Shown here piece after piece: positions 10,939 to 23,800 of a stretch of 36,656 nucleotides of DNA. This DNA comes from Catajapyx aquilonaris (Eukaryota). The stretch covers positions 186,001-222,656 of the forward strand of contig JYFJ02000031.1 of NCBI GenBank assembly GCA_000934665.2. Direction: 5' to 3'. Under the pieces are notes generated by a model. The model did not search any database, was not told the origin of the DNA, and saw nothing but the letters and a program-made list of their open reading frames with translations. Position 1 is the stretch's first letter; each line of letters starts with the position of its first letter. Made by a program: the position numbers and the translations under genes.

Positions 10939-12437
10939 GCTTACGATTTCAATTGAAATATTTTCCCCTGCCAATCGTGCTGCAGATTGAAAGGTGATGA
11001 ATTGGTGCACATCTGTATGACTGTTCCCCTATTACTCACATGTGGTATTTTTGTACCATACCAAGTATTGTTACTGTCACAATAGTGTGATGGTTATTCT
11101 CAGCAATTGATACTGTATTATATTCATTATTCGAGAATATGCATGTCTGTCCTGTCATCTGTCATGACAATCAATGCCATGAACGCCATAATATTTAACT
11201 GATTTTGGTCTTGACACAGGCACATGTGCAATGTTGCCATATCATGGAAAACCCGCTTTATGTAACATTCTCAAATAAATAACTGCAAAATCACGACATA
11301 GTTGAATCTTTAAATAGCCATCGTATCGCAAGTGTCACTACCGAAGACCACGATCAGTACTAAGGAATTCGTCGCTGTAAAATAAAAACCTGCTGTGGTG
11401 AAATGACAACTTTTATTTTACAGTGATGAATATTATAAACAGTGGTTCCAGTGATGATTAATTTGACTCTTTAAAAAATCAGACCACCATTTATAACTGT
11501 CCACATGTCACTTCTGTCCATCACTACCCCTGATAATAATAAGCCGCCCTTAAAAGAGCTCTCATCTAACTTGAAAGGGTGGCAGAGTAAGTTACCCTTT
11601 ACCCCTAGAATCCCCATTTATCAGTTGAGACCTTGTAAGGTACTTATCTCCAGAGAGGGAAGTCCTGAGGCAGGAATAAGGGGAGTGGTTATGAGTGGGA
11701 TGGGGAGGTATATTTGGCCTTGCAAGGGGGGGAAGAGAGTGAAGAAGATCCAGACTGGCCCACTGACAGCTCTTGAGGGTCAAATTCCCCCCAGGCAGTA
11801 TTCCACACATGCTTGTCCTGGTCTCACTCAAGGTGAGCAATATTTTTCACTCTGCCGCAGAGAGAATTACTCAATGAATACATCATAAGCGGAGTTTTTC
11901 AATTTACGGAATTGGCAATGACCAACAGAGGATATGGTTCAGTGGGAATGTAACGCACTGGTGGGGTACGTGAGGGCATAGGTATTGCTGCTAGACTGCT
12001 TATTGATATATCCAAAGGCCATCATGACTGTGTATCTATTCCTGATAACCATGCCTGCCTCAAGTTTGATGTCTTTATCGGAATGTACTGTGAGCAGGCT
12101 GAAATCACGCCACCTGTTCGCAAGGTCTGTGAGATTACATCGGTCCTCTTGCATGTCTGTGGATTTGCAACAGTTTTTGCAGCAGGGTGATGTTTTAGTA
12201 CCTGTATATTTTAGAAATAACTGACAGTGTGTTAGCTCAGATCTTGAACATTTGCTTGCAATATTTGAATTACTGGTAGCCTTGACCCTGAAAGTTCCTA
12301 TCACAAATGCCTCATGTTATCAAGTGCATAAGCAGCAATTTTTGTATTATCACAATGATTCAAGCTGCAGTTTGTGAATAGTTTGCCTGACTGTATCATA
12401 TGGCTTCTCTTCCTTTCTGCAGATCCTCTGAACAATC

Positions 12438-14025
12438 ATGCAGCTTTTTGGAATTGAATTGGCTCCATTCTGCATCTCATGGCGGCAGCGGATGCAGACT
12501 CTCTCGGTCCTGTACTGCGAGTGCATCATATTTACCGTGGGATTCCCGAGCCTCTTTGCTCTCATTTACCTCAGCTTCACCTCCTATTACTGGATACCAC
12601 TTTTCTACTTGGCATGGTTTTGCTATGACAAGGAGAGGTGCAACAAAGGTGGACGATACACCAATTGGCTCAGGGACTGGCGCCTTTTCAAGTACTACTC
12701 GGAATACTTTCCCATCAAGCTGATCAAGACTGCTGAGTTGCCTCCGGGGAAGAATTACCTCCTGGGAGCACATCCCCATGGTATCATTTGCATGGGTCAC
12801 TTCAATGCATTTGCTACGGAAGGAGCTGGAGTCAGCAAGCTCTTTCCAGGAATAAAACCCTACTTACTGACTCTTGAGGGTCAGTTTAGGTTTCCGTTCT
12901 TCAGAGAGCTCTTCATGCTGCATGGTAAGTGAACATTAACCATCTCAGTACATAGGTGTATTACATGACACAATGTGCAGGTTATTAGCATGCAGGTACT
13001 AATGTGTCATTATGTGGATTACATTGAGTGTACAGATGTATTCACGATGGAAACGCTTCTTACTGCACTATGCATGTGTGATATTCTCATATGAAACTTC
13101 ATGCCCAGAAATGAGTCATAGCACCCTAGTTCTGGTTCCACTATTACACATGTTTCGGTAATAGATCTCCTTCATTCCAGGTTGCTCAGCTGCCACGAAA
13201 GAAAACCTGGACTACCTCTTGGGCAAGCGTGAAGGTGGAAATGCACCTGTCCTTATTGTTGGAGGAGCCGCTGAAGCTTTACATGCTCGTCCAGGTGCAT
13301 GCACACTTGTAATAAAAAATAGGAAGGGATTTATACGGACAGCCCTTCGTCATGGGTATGTGTGAGAGATTTATAGCAATTTAGTCTGAATATGGCTTAT
13401 GTTATGAACTTGAAACATATGCCTCTTCAATCACTCAGATGCCAAACACATTTGGCCTGTGACCTGCTGAGATATTTAGCACATTTTTTTCCCCTGGATC
13501 TATAACTGCATTCACATACTGACTGGCTCACTTTCATTTGACTGTACTGCATTGTATGAAAGTGCGGTGCTTTGTTATTACTTTTCTGACAATCTATTAC
13601 TTTCAGAGCTGATTTGGTCCCAGTTTACTCTTTCGGAGAAACTGACATAATGGAGCAGATGCCCAACCCACCAGGCTCTTTTGTGCGCCGTTTTCAAGAA
13701 TCCTTCAAATACTACATGGGGTTTGCACCTGCCATGTTCCAGGGAAGAGGGATCTTTCAATACACTTTTGGACTCATGCCTTTCCGCAGGCCTATCCACA
13801 TTGTTGGTAAGTGCTGTTTCCGTCGTTACACAGGTTTTGTGAATCTAAGCATTGGTTTCGTATTTCTCAGTGGGGAAGCCAATCCCAGTGGAAAAAGTGG
13901 ATTACCCGACCAGGGAGCAAGTGGACGAACTACACATTACATACCTCCAATGTCTCAAGGAACTGTACGATGACCACAAGGCTAAGTACAGTAGTGACCC
14001 AACTAATGAACTTGTCTATGTCTGA
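12438..14025 (+). CDS. DGAT2/MOGAT-family acyltransferase, copy 2 (338 aa)
   Basis: Exons 12438-12924, 13181-13355, 13607-13806, 13871-14025 (487/175/200/155 nt). YFP, HPHG, GGAAE, RKGF and PVYSFGE intact. Confidence 0.95.
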
Positions 14026-14840
14026 TACTAGAGAGAAAAATACACAAAATCCAGTCATTACATTTTTAGTATTTTTTCACAATAAAAATATATTTTCTTC
14101 TGATAAATGCAGCAAACGCAGGTACTGTAGTATGAATGTCATGTGTTAATCTTTAAAACTATAGCTGGTCCTTAAGCTTTCAGTTTTCTAGTAGATGCTA
14201 TCATGCGCCATTTGCACCCAAATCTTAGTGGACCACGCAAAATAAAGACGTCTACAGATTACCTGAGTCCCTAACATTCATTAATTCATTCTGTACTTTA
14301 CATTTACCACATGTTACAACCTCTTGAGAAATAGAATTGGTAACCCATCTTGTCCCACAGTATAAAGCATCCTGTGCAGAATGGCAGTTCCTTGCAGAAA
14401 CAACCATATCCCCAAAGCAAGCTCTTCAATAATAGTACTGATTATCCTCAGGCATTGATGCAATAATAAAATAGCCGATCATAATTAGAATTATACATCA
14501 TAATTATGGTTATACAAGTATCTAAACTGCATTCATGTGAAACATTAGCGAATGGGCACCTACTAAGCTTATCACATGACCGTGGCATAACCAACTGATA
14601 ACAAGTACTTGATAGCAATTTCATAAGTAGGCGCTGTGATCAAGGGAGCATTCACTGCTTAGCTGACATACTTGCAAGGTCAGTATCAAACTATCGCTAA
14701 CTAATAGTGAGGAATGACAGTTGCCATAATTTACACTAATTTCACATTAAAACTTAACTCAGATGTATTGAAAATTCATGTTATTATGTTATCTTTGACT
14801 TTTACACATCACATGATCACAAAACATATCTGTTTATTAA

Positions 14841-15810
14841 GGGCCGGTTTCACCGAGCTCAGTATATCGACGCCTAAGGATTATATTGTCGTATGTCCAC
14901 TTTTCTTAACTTCACAGGAGGGAGCTGCAAAGTTTCGTGTCACCAGTTCCGTTTGCATTTTAACCTATGGAAACGATTTTTATACCGGAGATCATACATA
15001 TCAAGACCTTCATTTATGCTTCGTATCATCGTAGACGAATAACAGGAACAGTGGAAATCAGGGCTTCCGGTTTGGAGATACGACATTAGTACGTAACTTT
15101 GGTAGGAATACTCAACTATTTGCTGGAGATACGACCTTGCAATGAAGTATATTTCCTACGAAAATATTTTTATTGATCAATGTTTCAAAATACACCTCAA
15201 CAGTATGAGGTATGAACTTGAACATACCTTTAAATTCCAAATAATGCTTCAAAATACACTTCAACCGTATGAGGCATGAACTTGATCATCATTACCTTTG
15301 CATTACAAAAAAAGGGTCAAGGTACATTTAATCTCAGTCAGAGGCATGAACTGGAACATGATATTATTTTTTACGTATCAACAATTGAAAGAACACTCTA
15401 TCAACTTGAGGCATGAACTTCAGCATAGCTTTGAAAGCTTTCTTTTTCTCAGATTGATGTGAAGAGGGTCACGTGATCCTCGTGCTGCCTGGTGATTGGA
15501 TTATATGGAGATACGATAAACTTGCAGGAAGGAATCCAAGCTTTGGGAGATACGACAATATTCCACTGCTTGTTACGGACGCATTTTTGCGCCTTTGCAT
15601 GAAACAGTGATTGGAGGCACAACTTTACGTGTTCGGCTATTTGAACGTATAAGAATCTCTGAACTGACCAAAAGTGGACATACGACAATATAATCCTTAG
15701 GCGTCGATATGATAAAACCAGGGTTCTTTCTCAAAATCCCTATCTATTTGTATGGGATTTTCCTAAAGAAACCTGGTTTTATCATATACCAAGCTCGGTG
15801 AAACCGGCCC
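14841..15810. mobile_element. Non-autonomous PIF/Harbinger-type element (970 bp) upstream of the copy 3 ATG
   Basis: TAA|GGGCCGGTTTCACCGAGCT ... AGCTCGGTGAAACCGGCCC|TAA. The TIR extends to about 64 bp (ATCGACGCCTAAGGATTATATTGTCGTATGTCCACTTTT inverted at 15670-15708). A 3-bp TAA TSD with G-rich ends is typical of PIF/Harbinger. Confidence 0.9.
15710..15784. mobile_element. 75-bp palindromic MITE inserted in the right TIR of the Harbinger element
   Basis: TA|TGATAAAACCAGGGTTCTTT...AAAGAAACCTGGTTTTATCA|TA. Removing it plus one TA restores the match to the left TIR. Confidence 0.85.
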
Positions 15811-15937
15811 TAAGACGTTAAGAATCTCTCTTGACAGCTTCCAATATCCATTGTTATACTTTCCCTTACAATAGTCAAGTCCTAATGTGGTACTTATTTA
15901 ATATGCTTATATTTTGCTTCAGGTGCTTTAATTCAAA

Positions 15938-17530
15938 ATGAAGCTTTTTTGCATAGAGCTGGCCCCACTGTGGATTCCACTGGGAAAACGTATTCAGACT
16001 TTTTCAGTCCTGTACATCGAATGTATCGTACAAAGTGAGATATCTCTTTATATGATTTAGTGCAAATTTTCATGTGTGTCTCTCAAAGATTGGTGTAAAT
16101 TATTTAGCACAATTTATTGACTGATATTTACAGTGATGGTTCCAAGCTTATGCCTCCTCATCTACCTCTGCTTCACTTCGTACTATTGGATACCCATGCT
16201 GTACCTCCTATGGTTTGCCATTGACAAACAAGCATGCAATCAAGGTGGCCGTTTTAAACCATGGATTAGGAACTTGAGCCTCTTCAAGCACTATGCTAAC
16301 TACTTCCCTATCAAACTGATCAAAACTGCTGAACTACCTCGGCATAAAAACTACCTAATAGGAGCACATCCGCATGGTCCTCTATGCATGGGGCACTTCA
16401 ATTGTTTTGCTACTGAAGGAGCAGGATTCAGCAAAAAATTTCCAGGAGTTAGGCCACATTTCCTTACCCTCGAGGGGTGGTACAGGTGGCCTTTTTTCAG
16501 GGAAATCTTTATGCAGTTAGGTAAGTTTTGAAAAGCTCACAAATCATGTTTATACTGACACACTGACTGTGAGCTATTTCTTTCCAGGATGCTCTGCTGC
16601 CACCAATGAAAATCTGGATTACCTTTTGAGTAAGCGAGAAGGTGGAAATGCAGCAGTTATTATGATTGGAGGAGCTGCTGAAGTACTACTTTCACGACCA
16701 GGTGAATGTGTGCTTATCATCAAGAGCAGGAAAGGATTTGTAAGAGCTGCACTCCGAAATGGGTAGGTGCCCTTTCAAAATGCTCTTATTACTGTAGTCC
16801 GAGATACTCATATATAAAATTTCCAATTGCACAATTATGATGTCCTGACTCACATCCTAAATACACAAAAGAGGGTGGCATAGTCATCCAAGGTTTGAAA
16901 ATTTTTTCAGTTGATGACTAAAAATTCAATGACCATTGTCAGAAAAAATAAGTGTCAAATTAAAAAATTGTAGCTATTAACATATTTATTGTGGTAAGGT
17001 AAGACAATGAAAGTTTGTCAGTTCCTTTCTTCAGTCTATAAATGCCCAGAGAACCGTACATTTCTGAATTTTGTTGTTTCAGAGCAGACTTGGTCCCAGT
17101 TTTTTCATTTGGTGAAGCTGACATACTAGAACAGGTTGCCAACCCACCAGGTTCTTTACTGCGTCGTTTCCAAGACACTTTCAAGTCTTATGCCGGATTT
17201 CCTCCAGCTATATTTTATGGCAGGGGAGTTTTCCAGTACAGTTTTGGTTTAATTCCATTTCGTAAACCCATCAATGTCGTAGGTACAGTATAATTGTGCT
17301 TCTTACATCTTTCCAACCTGTCAAAAGTGTCACAAAGGACCTATCACAATATTCTCACTTAATTTTTCTTCTCAGTGGGCAAGCCCATTCCAGTGGAAAA
17401 GGTTGATTACCCAACCAGAGAGCAAGTTGATGAACTCCATGCCAAATATCTAGAGAGTCTCAAGGAATTATTCAACAAGCACAAGGCGCAGTACAACAAT
17501 GACCCCAACCAAGAACTTGTATTCACTTAA
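15938..17530 (+). CDS. DGAT2/MOGAT-family acyltransferase, copy 3 (337 aa)
   Basis: Exons 15938-16034, 16134-16520, 16588-16762, 17083-17282, 17376-17530 (97/387/175/200/155 nt). YFP, HPHG, GGAAE, RKGF and PVFSFGE intact. Confidence 0.95.
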
Positions 17531-18800
17531 GTCTCAACGTCTGAGACATGGTGAAAATCGAAGTCCAATGGAAGTATACATCATATAAGTATGACATTTA
17601 AATAAAATCGATATTCTCTCCTTCATTAGAGTGATGTAATTTGTAAACACCCATTGGCTCGGGAAACGCAAGTAAAATAAAACACGTTCACTTATTTACA
17701 GTTATAATCTACTTCAACTGTAGCACACAAAGCGGCATTAGGATTTCATTATTTACACCTTTTCTATTAATGACTGAAGTCTTTCATAGGTCTTTCTTAC
17801 CCATTTGTAATAATTGCTCAAGCATCAGCAGCCTGCCATTATCAAAATAATACGACCTTGCAAATAACTTGTCTACCCCACCTGACAGAGACGGTGATAA
17901 TAATTAAATTGTGTAATGATTAATCTCGGGTCTGAAGGCAAATTTTCTTTTCAGTATCACAAAAGGCTAACACATTTTTGTGTAACAATTATTATTATGC
18001 GTGCCTCACCTTCTCATTTGGTGATTGATTAGGCTACCGGTAAGTTTATAGTGGATGAAACGGAAAATGAAGGGACAGAGATCATTTTTCTCAAACTTGC
18101 AAGTAATCACTTATGTTACATCCACGTATCTATTTGCTCATAGTGTGCTAAAATCACAGAATTTTTATGCCAAAATTGAAAATCTTCATCAGATGATTCT
18201 AATACCAAAACCCAGCACAAATTGTAAGGCAAATGGTACTTGAATAATTTTCTCCATATATTTAAATACTTTGTAAGATCGTGTATGATGTGGGCGATAC
18301 AAACGATTCAATTATATCTAGAGAGGGGAACTCGGCAGTGTAACATTGCAAGCTCTCATCTTATCGGAATATAGAGTAATTATTGTGATATAACCAGCTT
18401 GTATCTTGGGCTGATAACAACATTGCAACCAGACGGACTGTGTAAAATAAACACACTGAAAAGTGAGTATTTCAGCACCACAAGTTCAGCAGGTCAGTGA
18501 GTCAGTGATATTGCATCATCTGTTTTTTCACTCTACCCGTTTTGAGGTCAGATACACTTCCTTCGGCAAATTACTTGAGACTAAAATTAAGGTTGGTTTT
18601 TATTTCATGCTGGACAAAAATATTCCAACATACATTCCTGCTGACTGATCAAAATCCTCGAAATATTTTGCCTCGTATATTTCTTTTTTGGATTCATCAG
18701 GTTCAGTCAACAGCGTTCGTTTTCACTTTGACATGCTTTACTATGGTCTTATGTGCCTTGTACCTCTCCACGTGTAGACACAAAAGTGCAGTAATAAAAA

Positions 18801-20175
18801 ATGCATATTTTTGGGATCGAGTTAGCGCCATTGTGCATCCCTCTGGGACAACGCATTCAGACATTTGCAATCCTCTACACTGAATGCATCTTCCAGGGTA
18901 AGTTAAATCTCAAAAAACAGCATCCTTTCCTGACAAGTATCCTTGAAATAGCTATTATCAGTGTGGCAGTAAACCTTGCTTTCTTCAACAGCATTATGTC
19001 AGATCACCGACTCTCCTTTTCTTTTTCGCAGTGGGAGTTCCCAGTTTATTTCTATTTATTGGCCTTTGCTTCACGTCTTACTACTGGATACCTTTGCTGT
19101 ACCTGGTGTGGTTATTTTATGACAAGGAAACCAGTGACAGAGGGGGTCGCTACAGCAAATGGTTCAGGAGCTGGCGAATTTTCAAGTATTATGCTGATTA
19201 CTTCCCTGTCAGACTGATTAAGACTGCTGAACTCCCCCCAGGAAAAAATTACCTCCTAGGAGCACATCCACATGGTGTCATTTGCACTGGACATTTCAAC
19301 GCTTTCGCTACAGAGGGTGCTGGCTTTAGTGAATTATTTCCAGGAATAGAACCGCATATGCTGACGTTAGACCTCCAATATAAATTCCCTTTCTTCCGGG
19401 AACTTTTCATGCTCTATGGTAAGAGTGTCATGAAGGCTTTGCATGTGAAAATAACAGGTTTTGTATGTGATGCAGGCTGTCACTTTCAGGCTGCTCTGCT
19501 GCCACTAATGAGAATTTGGACTACCTTCTGAGCAGGAGAGGCGGTGGCTATGCACCAGTACTGGTTGTTGGAGGAGCAGCTGAAGTTTTACATGCCATAC
19601 CTGGTGAAAACACGCTTGTAATCAACAGCAGAAAAGGCTTCATAAAGGCTGCTCTTCGCAATGGGTTAATAAATATTTCTGAGCTTCTTGCAATATTCGG
19701 TAATTAATGAATAATTTGATAATGATTAATATTTAAATGTTCTCATTGTAGAGCTGACCTAGTTCCAGTTTATTCATTTGGTGAAACAAATGTACTGACG
19801 CAGATTTCTGGTTCACCTGGATCTTTTCTGTACCGATTCCAGCACATGTTCAAGAGCCTCACAGGAATATTCCCAGCTATAGTACACGGAAGAGGAGTTT
19901 TCCAGTACACTTTTGGAATAATTCCATACCGAACACCAATCAACATTGTTGGTAAGCAAGCAAGATACTTTCACCCAATTATTGTGTACCATTACAATCC
20001 AGATAATTCTCTATCCTCAGTGGGAAAGCCCATCCCTGTTGAAAAGGTTGAATACCCAACTGATGAGCGAGTAAATGAACTCCATGCCACATATCTTAAA
20101 AGTCTTAAGGAGTTGTTCAATACCTACAAGGTGAAGTACAACAGCAACCCTAATCAGGAACTCATATACACCTAA
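18801..20175 (+). CDS. DGAT2/MOGAT-family acyltransferase, copy 4 (337 aa)
   Basis: Exons 18801-18897, 19032-19418, 19490-19664, 19752-19951, 20021-20175 (97/387/175/200/155 nt). Catalytic motifs intact. Confidence 0.95.
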
Positions 20176-20836
20176 TTTATATTTATAGGTCAGGGCAAAA
20201 ATATAGACATTTTTCAATACACTTGTATATTTTTGATTCATTTAAAAAAGTTTGATATTGTCCTCTTTTGTGAAACATTATTTTCCTTGACACTTACTGG
20301 GAGACAAAGCCAAGCTTACAGACACCACGCAGAATATAATTTTGAAATGGATGGCACAGTGTATCTGTTACAACTGGAATACTATTTTGTACAGTGCAAG
20401 ATAAGAAAACTTTAAGGCAGCCAAATGTAATATGGCACCATAAAAACTACCAACATTACGAGTGCTCATATTTACAAATTCACTCCTCAGGTTAGAAAAA
20501 GGATGCAAAAATCATAAGAGTAAGGCAAACAACTGCCTTTTTACAGCTGCCAACATAGGACACTGCAAAATAACTTCTTTTTTATACATATATTCGTTTC
20601 CACAAGTATTTGAACTTACCTCTAATTATTACAATGATCACTCGTATATGGGTTGACATTGTGATTGACCAGAAGTCCTTGTGAAGGCCAGCACAACACC
20701 ATGTATGGCAGGCGTAAGATCTGAAAAAAATGCCACCGTCCATTACTAATGTTCCAGATGGTGATGTGATACACTGTGATTATTGCAAAATAATTTTAAT
20801 AACATGCAAAATTTGTTTCTTCTCACCCGAAATTAC

Positions 20837-23800
20837 TTATTTGTCGGTTAGCTCCAGGTAGCACTTCTCACAGACCCTGACAGGTTTCTTGCTGCTGTGC
20901 ATGGGGGCTGTCTTGGAAGAGCACTCATTGCAGAATATCTGGCCGCAGTTCCGACAATGATGCTTGCGTATCATGACACTGAATTCTTTGGTGCAGCCGG
21001 TGCATTGATGGACGGCTGAGTCATCTGCCCATTTGCGACCTTGAATTTTGGCATTCTCCATCTGCAAGGTCTGATTTTCTCTCCCCAGCTCATGAAGGGC
21101 AGCCTGACAATCTTCCAACTTGCGTCGCAGCTCCACCATAGTTGCACGCATTTTCTCCCCTTCCGACTCACTACCCAGGCAACGCTCAAGCAAGCTGCGT
21201 CGTTCATCCAAGGCATTCTCCAGCTTTGCCTCCAATTCTGCAGAGTCCATTTTGTGATTAGTTTTACAGGGTAAAATAACAAATAGCCGCACTTATGCAC
21301 TTATTGAAGCAGGAAAAGATGCTTTGGTGTATAAATCCTATTTTGAAAATTGAGTGGGAAAGAAAGAGGCGGGAGTATGCACACCACCATACAAATAACA
21401 TTTAATTCAAAATTCCCATGCTGTTTCCTGACAATATAGAAACAAAGTGCCTAATCCCAGGGGTCAAGTCTCTCAGCTTCCAGTAAGGCTCACCTAGTTT
21501 GCTGCCTGTGAGTTCATCGAGTGTCGTCTGGATCTTAGTTCGAACTTCCTCCATGGTTAGTGCCTCTGCCTTCACTGCTTTCAGCTCTTCTCTCAAGTTC
21601 GCAAGTTCCACCTCATGGCGAGTCTCCAAGTTGCCAATTTGAGACTCAAGAGACTTTCGTCTCCCCGACTCAGTTTCCTGCAGATTAAATATGTACGTGC
21701 AGTAGCTTGTCAACAAAGAAGATAGCCATTTGTACCTTCAAGTTTTAAAGTCAGTTATTATTTTTACATGGTAGAAAGCAAGAACCCCCCAAAATTAAAT
21801 ACTGTCTCATATATGTGATACTCTAAATTCTATGCCAATACTATGCTTTTGCACTTGAAAATTTTTAATTCACTGCTATCTCTTTAAATGTCAAGAAGGA
21901 AGACAAAATGATTGAAGCAAACTGTCTTACCATTGACTCCATGAAAGAATTCCTTTCTGACAGAAGGCTATTTTTTTCCTCCTCCTCTTCCCTCAACTTG
22001 GCTTCCAGAGCTGCACACTTTCTGCTGAATGTCTCCTGCAAGGATTCCAACTTGGACTGCACCTCCACCTTTTGTGAGATCAGAAGTTGCTTTGCTTCGG
22101 TAAGACTAGACAGCTTCTCCTCCATTGACTTTCGACTGGTTGATTCCTCCTCCAGGGCCTTCTGCAGTCTACGCTTGTCTTCCTCCAGGGATGTCTTTTT
22201 CCTTGTGATATCCTCCACATGATTATCCAGTGACTCTTTAATAACCTGCAGTTCCTGCACTTCCCTTTGTGACATTACAAGGTTGTGTTCTGCATTAGTC
22301 TTAGCCTCAGTCAGGTTTGTGATGGTCTGAAAATTAAAGAATGACAGGCCAGTTAGTAGTCTTGCAGTGTTTAAATATTGAAGTCCTAATGGAACAAAAT
22401 TCTTATTTACTATGTGGTGTGAACCATACACAATATGGAACTGGAATGCCAAAAAATTATCTTCTATTGAGAAAAAAATATTAGAAGTATTCCGCAGCTG
22501 TATCTGAAGTTCCAGTTATCTATGATTTGAAAATTAAAAATTGACAGCATATTTTCCCCCCATACAGCACTGTATTGTTACAACTGTTCTATTTTCTTTT
22601 ACTTGTTTGTGTCGATGTCTTAATGTGTATAATTTTACAATTGGGCTGTACCGTACTGTAGGTTTGTCCGTAAAAGTTTTTGTTAGAAAAAAAATCCTCA
22701 AGAATGATTTATGAGGATTAAATAAATATTATGCTTCACACATCCCCAGAAACAATATGACAACTTTTAATAATAATAATAATCAGTGTTTATCAGTACC
22801 TTACGCATCTCTTCCATTTTCTGTGCAATCTTCTCATCCTGTTCCTTCATTTCAGCCATAGCTTCATCCAACTTTTTCTTGTCTGATTGGCTGTGCTTGA
22901 GCTCCAGAGTCAGCTCCTTAATCTTCTCTTCCAATTGCGACTTCATCTCTACTCTCTGGACTTCCAATTTCTGCTGCATGATCTCATACTCTTTGATCTT
23001 CCCATTCAGGAGAGATTCTTCTTCATGCATAGCCTTCTCCTGCTTCTCCTTCTCTTTAATCCTCCCTTCAAGCTCATCTATCCTCTTCTGAGTTGCAACT
23101 GATTGAGATCTAAATGTATGTAATTCAATCTCCAACTTCTGGAGTTCTGCAGTTCTTGCTTTTGTACTCTCCTCTGCACTCTTGCATCTCTTCTCTGCTT
23201 CTTTGGCTTTGGCTTCCCAGTTGGAAGATGCTTCCTTCTGCTGGCCCAATTCTTTGCTCAGCTTCTCCGCCCTCGCAATTTGCTCCTTCAGGTTCCCCTG
23301 CATACTGTGAATCTGTTTCTCCATGTCCAGTTTGAGGGAATTTTTCGCTGCTTCCAATGCTGTCAGGAGCTCCACCTTGTTGTCGGAAAATAAATTACAA
23401 AGGGTATAAATGTTTCATGCAAGTGATCAACACTAATAAGGACAGACGGACTCAACCAATTATTTTCACTTCTTATAAACCACATAAACCTTTGTGAAGT
23501 ACTTTCTTAAATCTCCCTACCTTTGACTTCAACTCCCCCTCCAGTTGGGCTGATTTCAGTTTCTCGGCAGAGTGTGCCTCTGTGGTGGAAGTAAGGTTAG
23601 ATTCAAGGTTCTCAGCCCGAGACGTTGCCTGCTGGAGCTGCAGCTTTGTCTCTTGGAGGGAATGATGCAGTTTGTCCAGCTTTTCATCCAGTCCCTTCTT
23701 CTGTGCAGAAGCTTGTTTTTGTGCATCTTCGACACGTTGCTTTAAGACAGTCTGCATTGGAAAGATCAACATTTCAATTCAAAATTTGCTTAGAGCAGCA

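Noticed and set aside
10721..10997. Short ORFs on both strands between acyltransferase copies 1 and 2
   Set aside because: They lie within the truncated retroelement; at most a decayed ORF end, with no domain I can recognise.
15207..15425. CRISPR-like spacing of GAGG(C/T)ATGAACT repeats every 64-70 bp
   Set aside because: The core is only about 13-19 bp, the first two units share flanking sequence (tandem duplication), it lies inside a TIR element in a eukaryotic genome, and there are no cas genes.
7711..20175. Possibility that some acyltransferase copies are pseudogenes
   Set aside because: All four have matching exon lengths, canonical splice sites and intact catalytic motifs.
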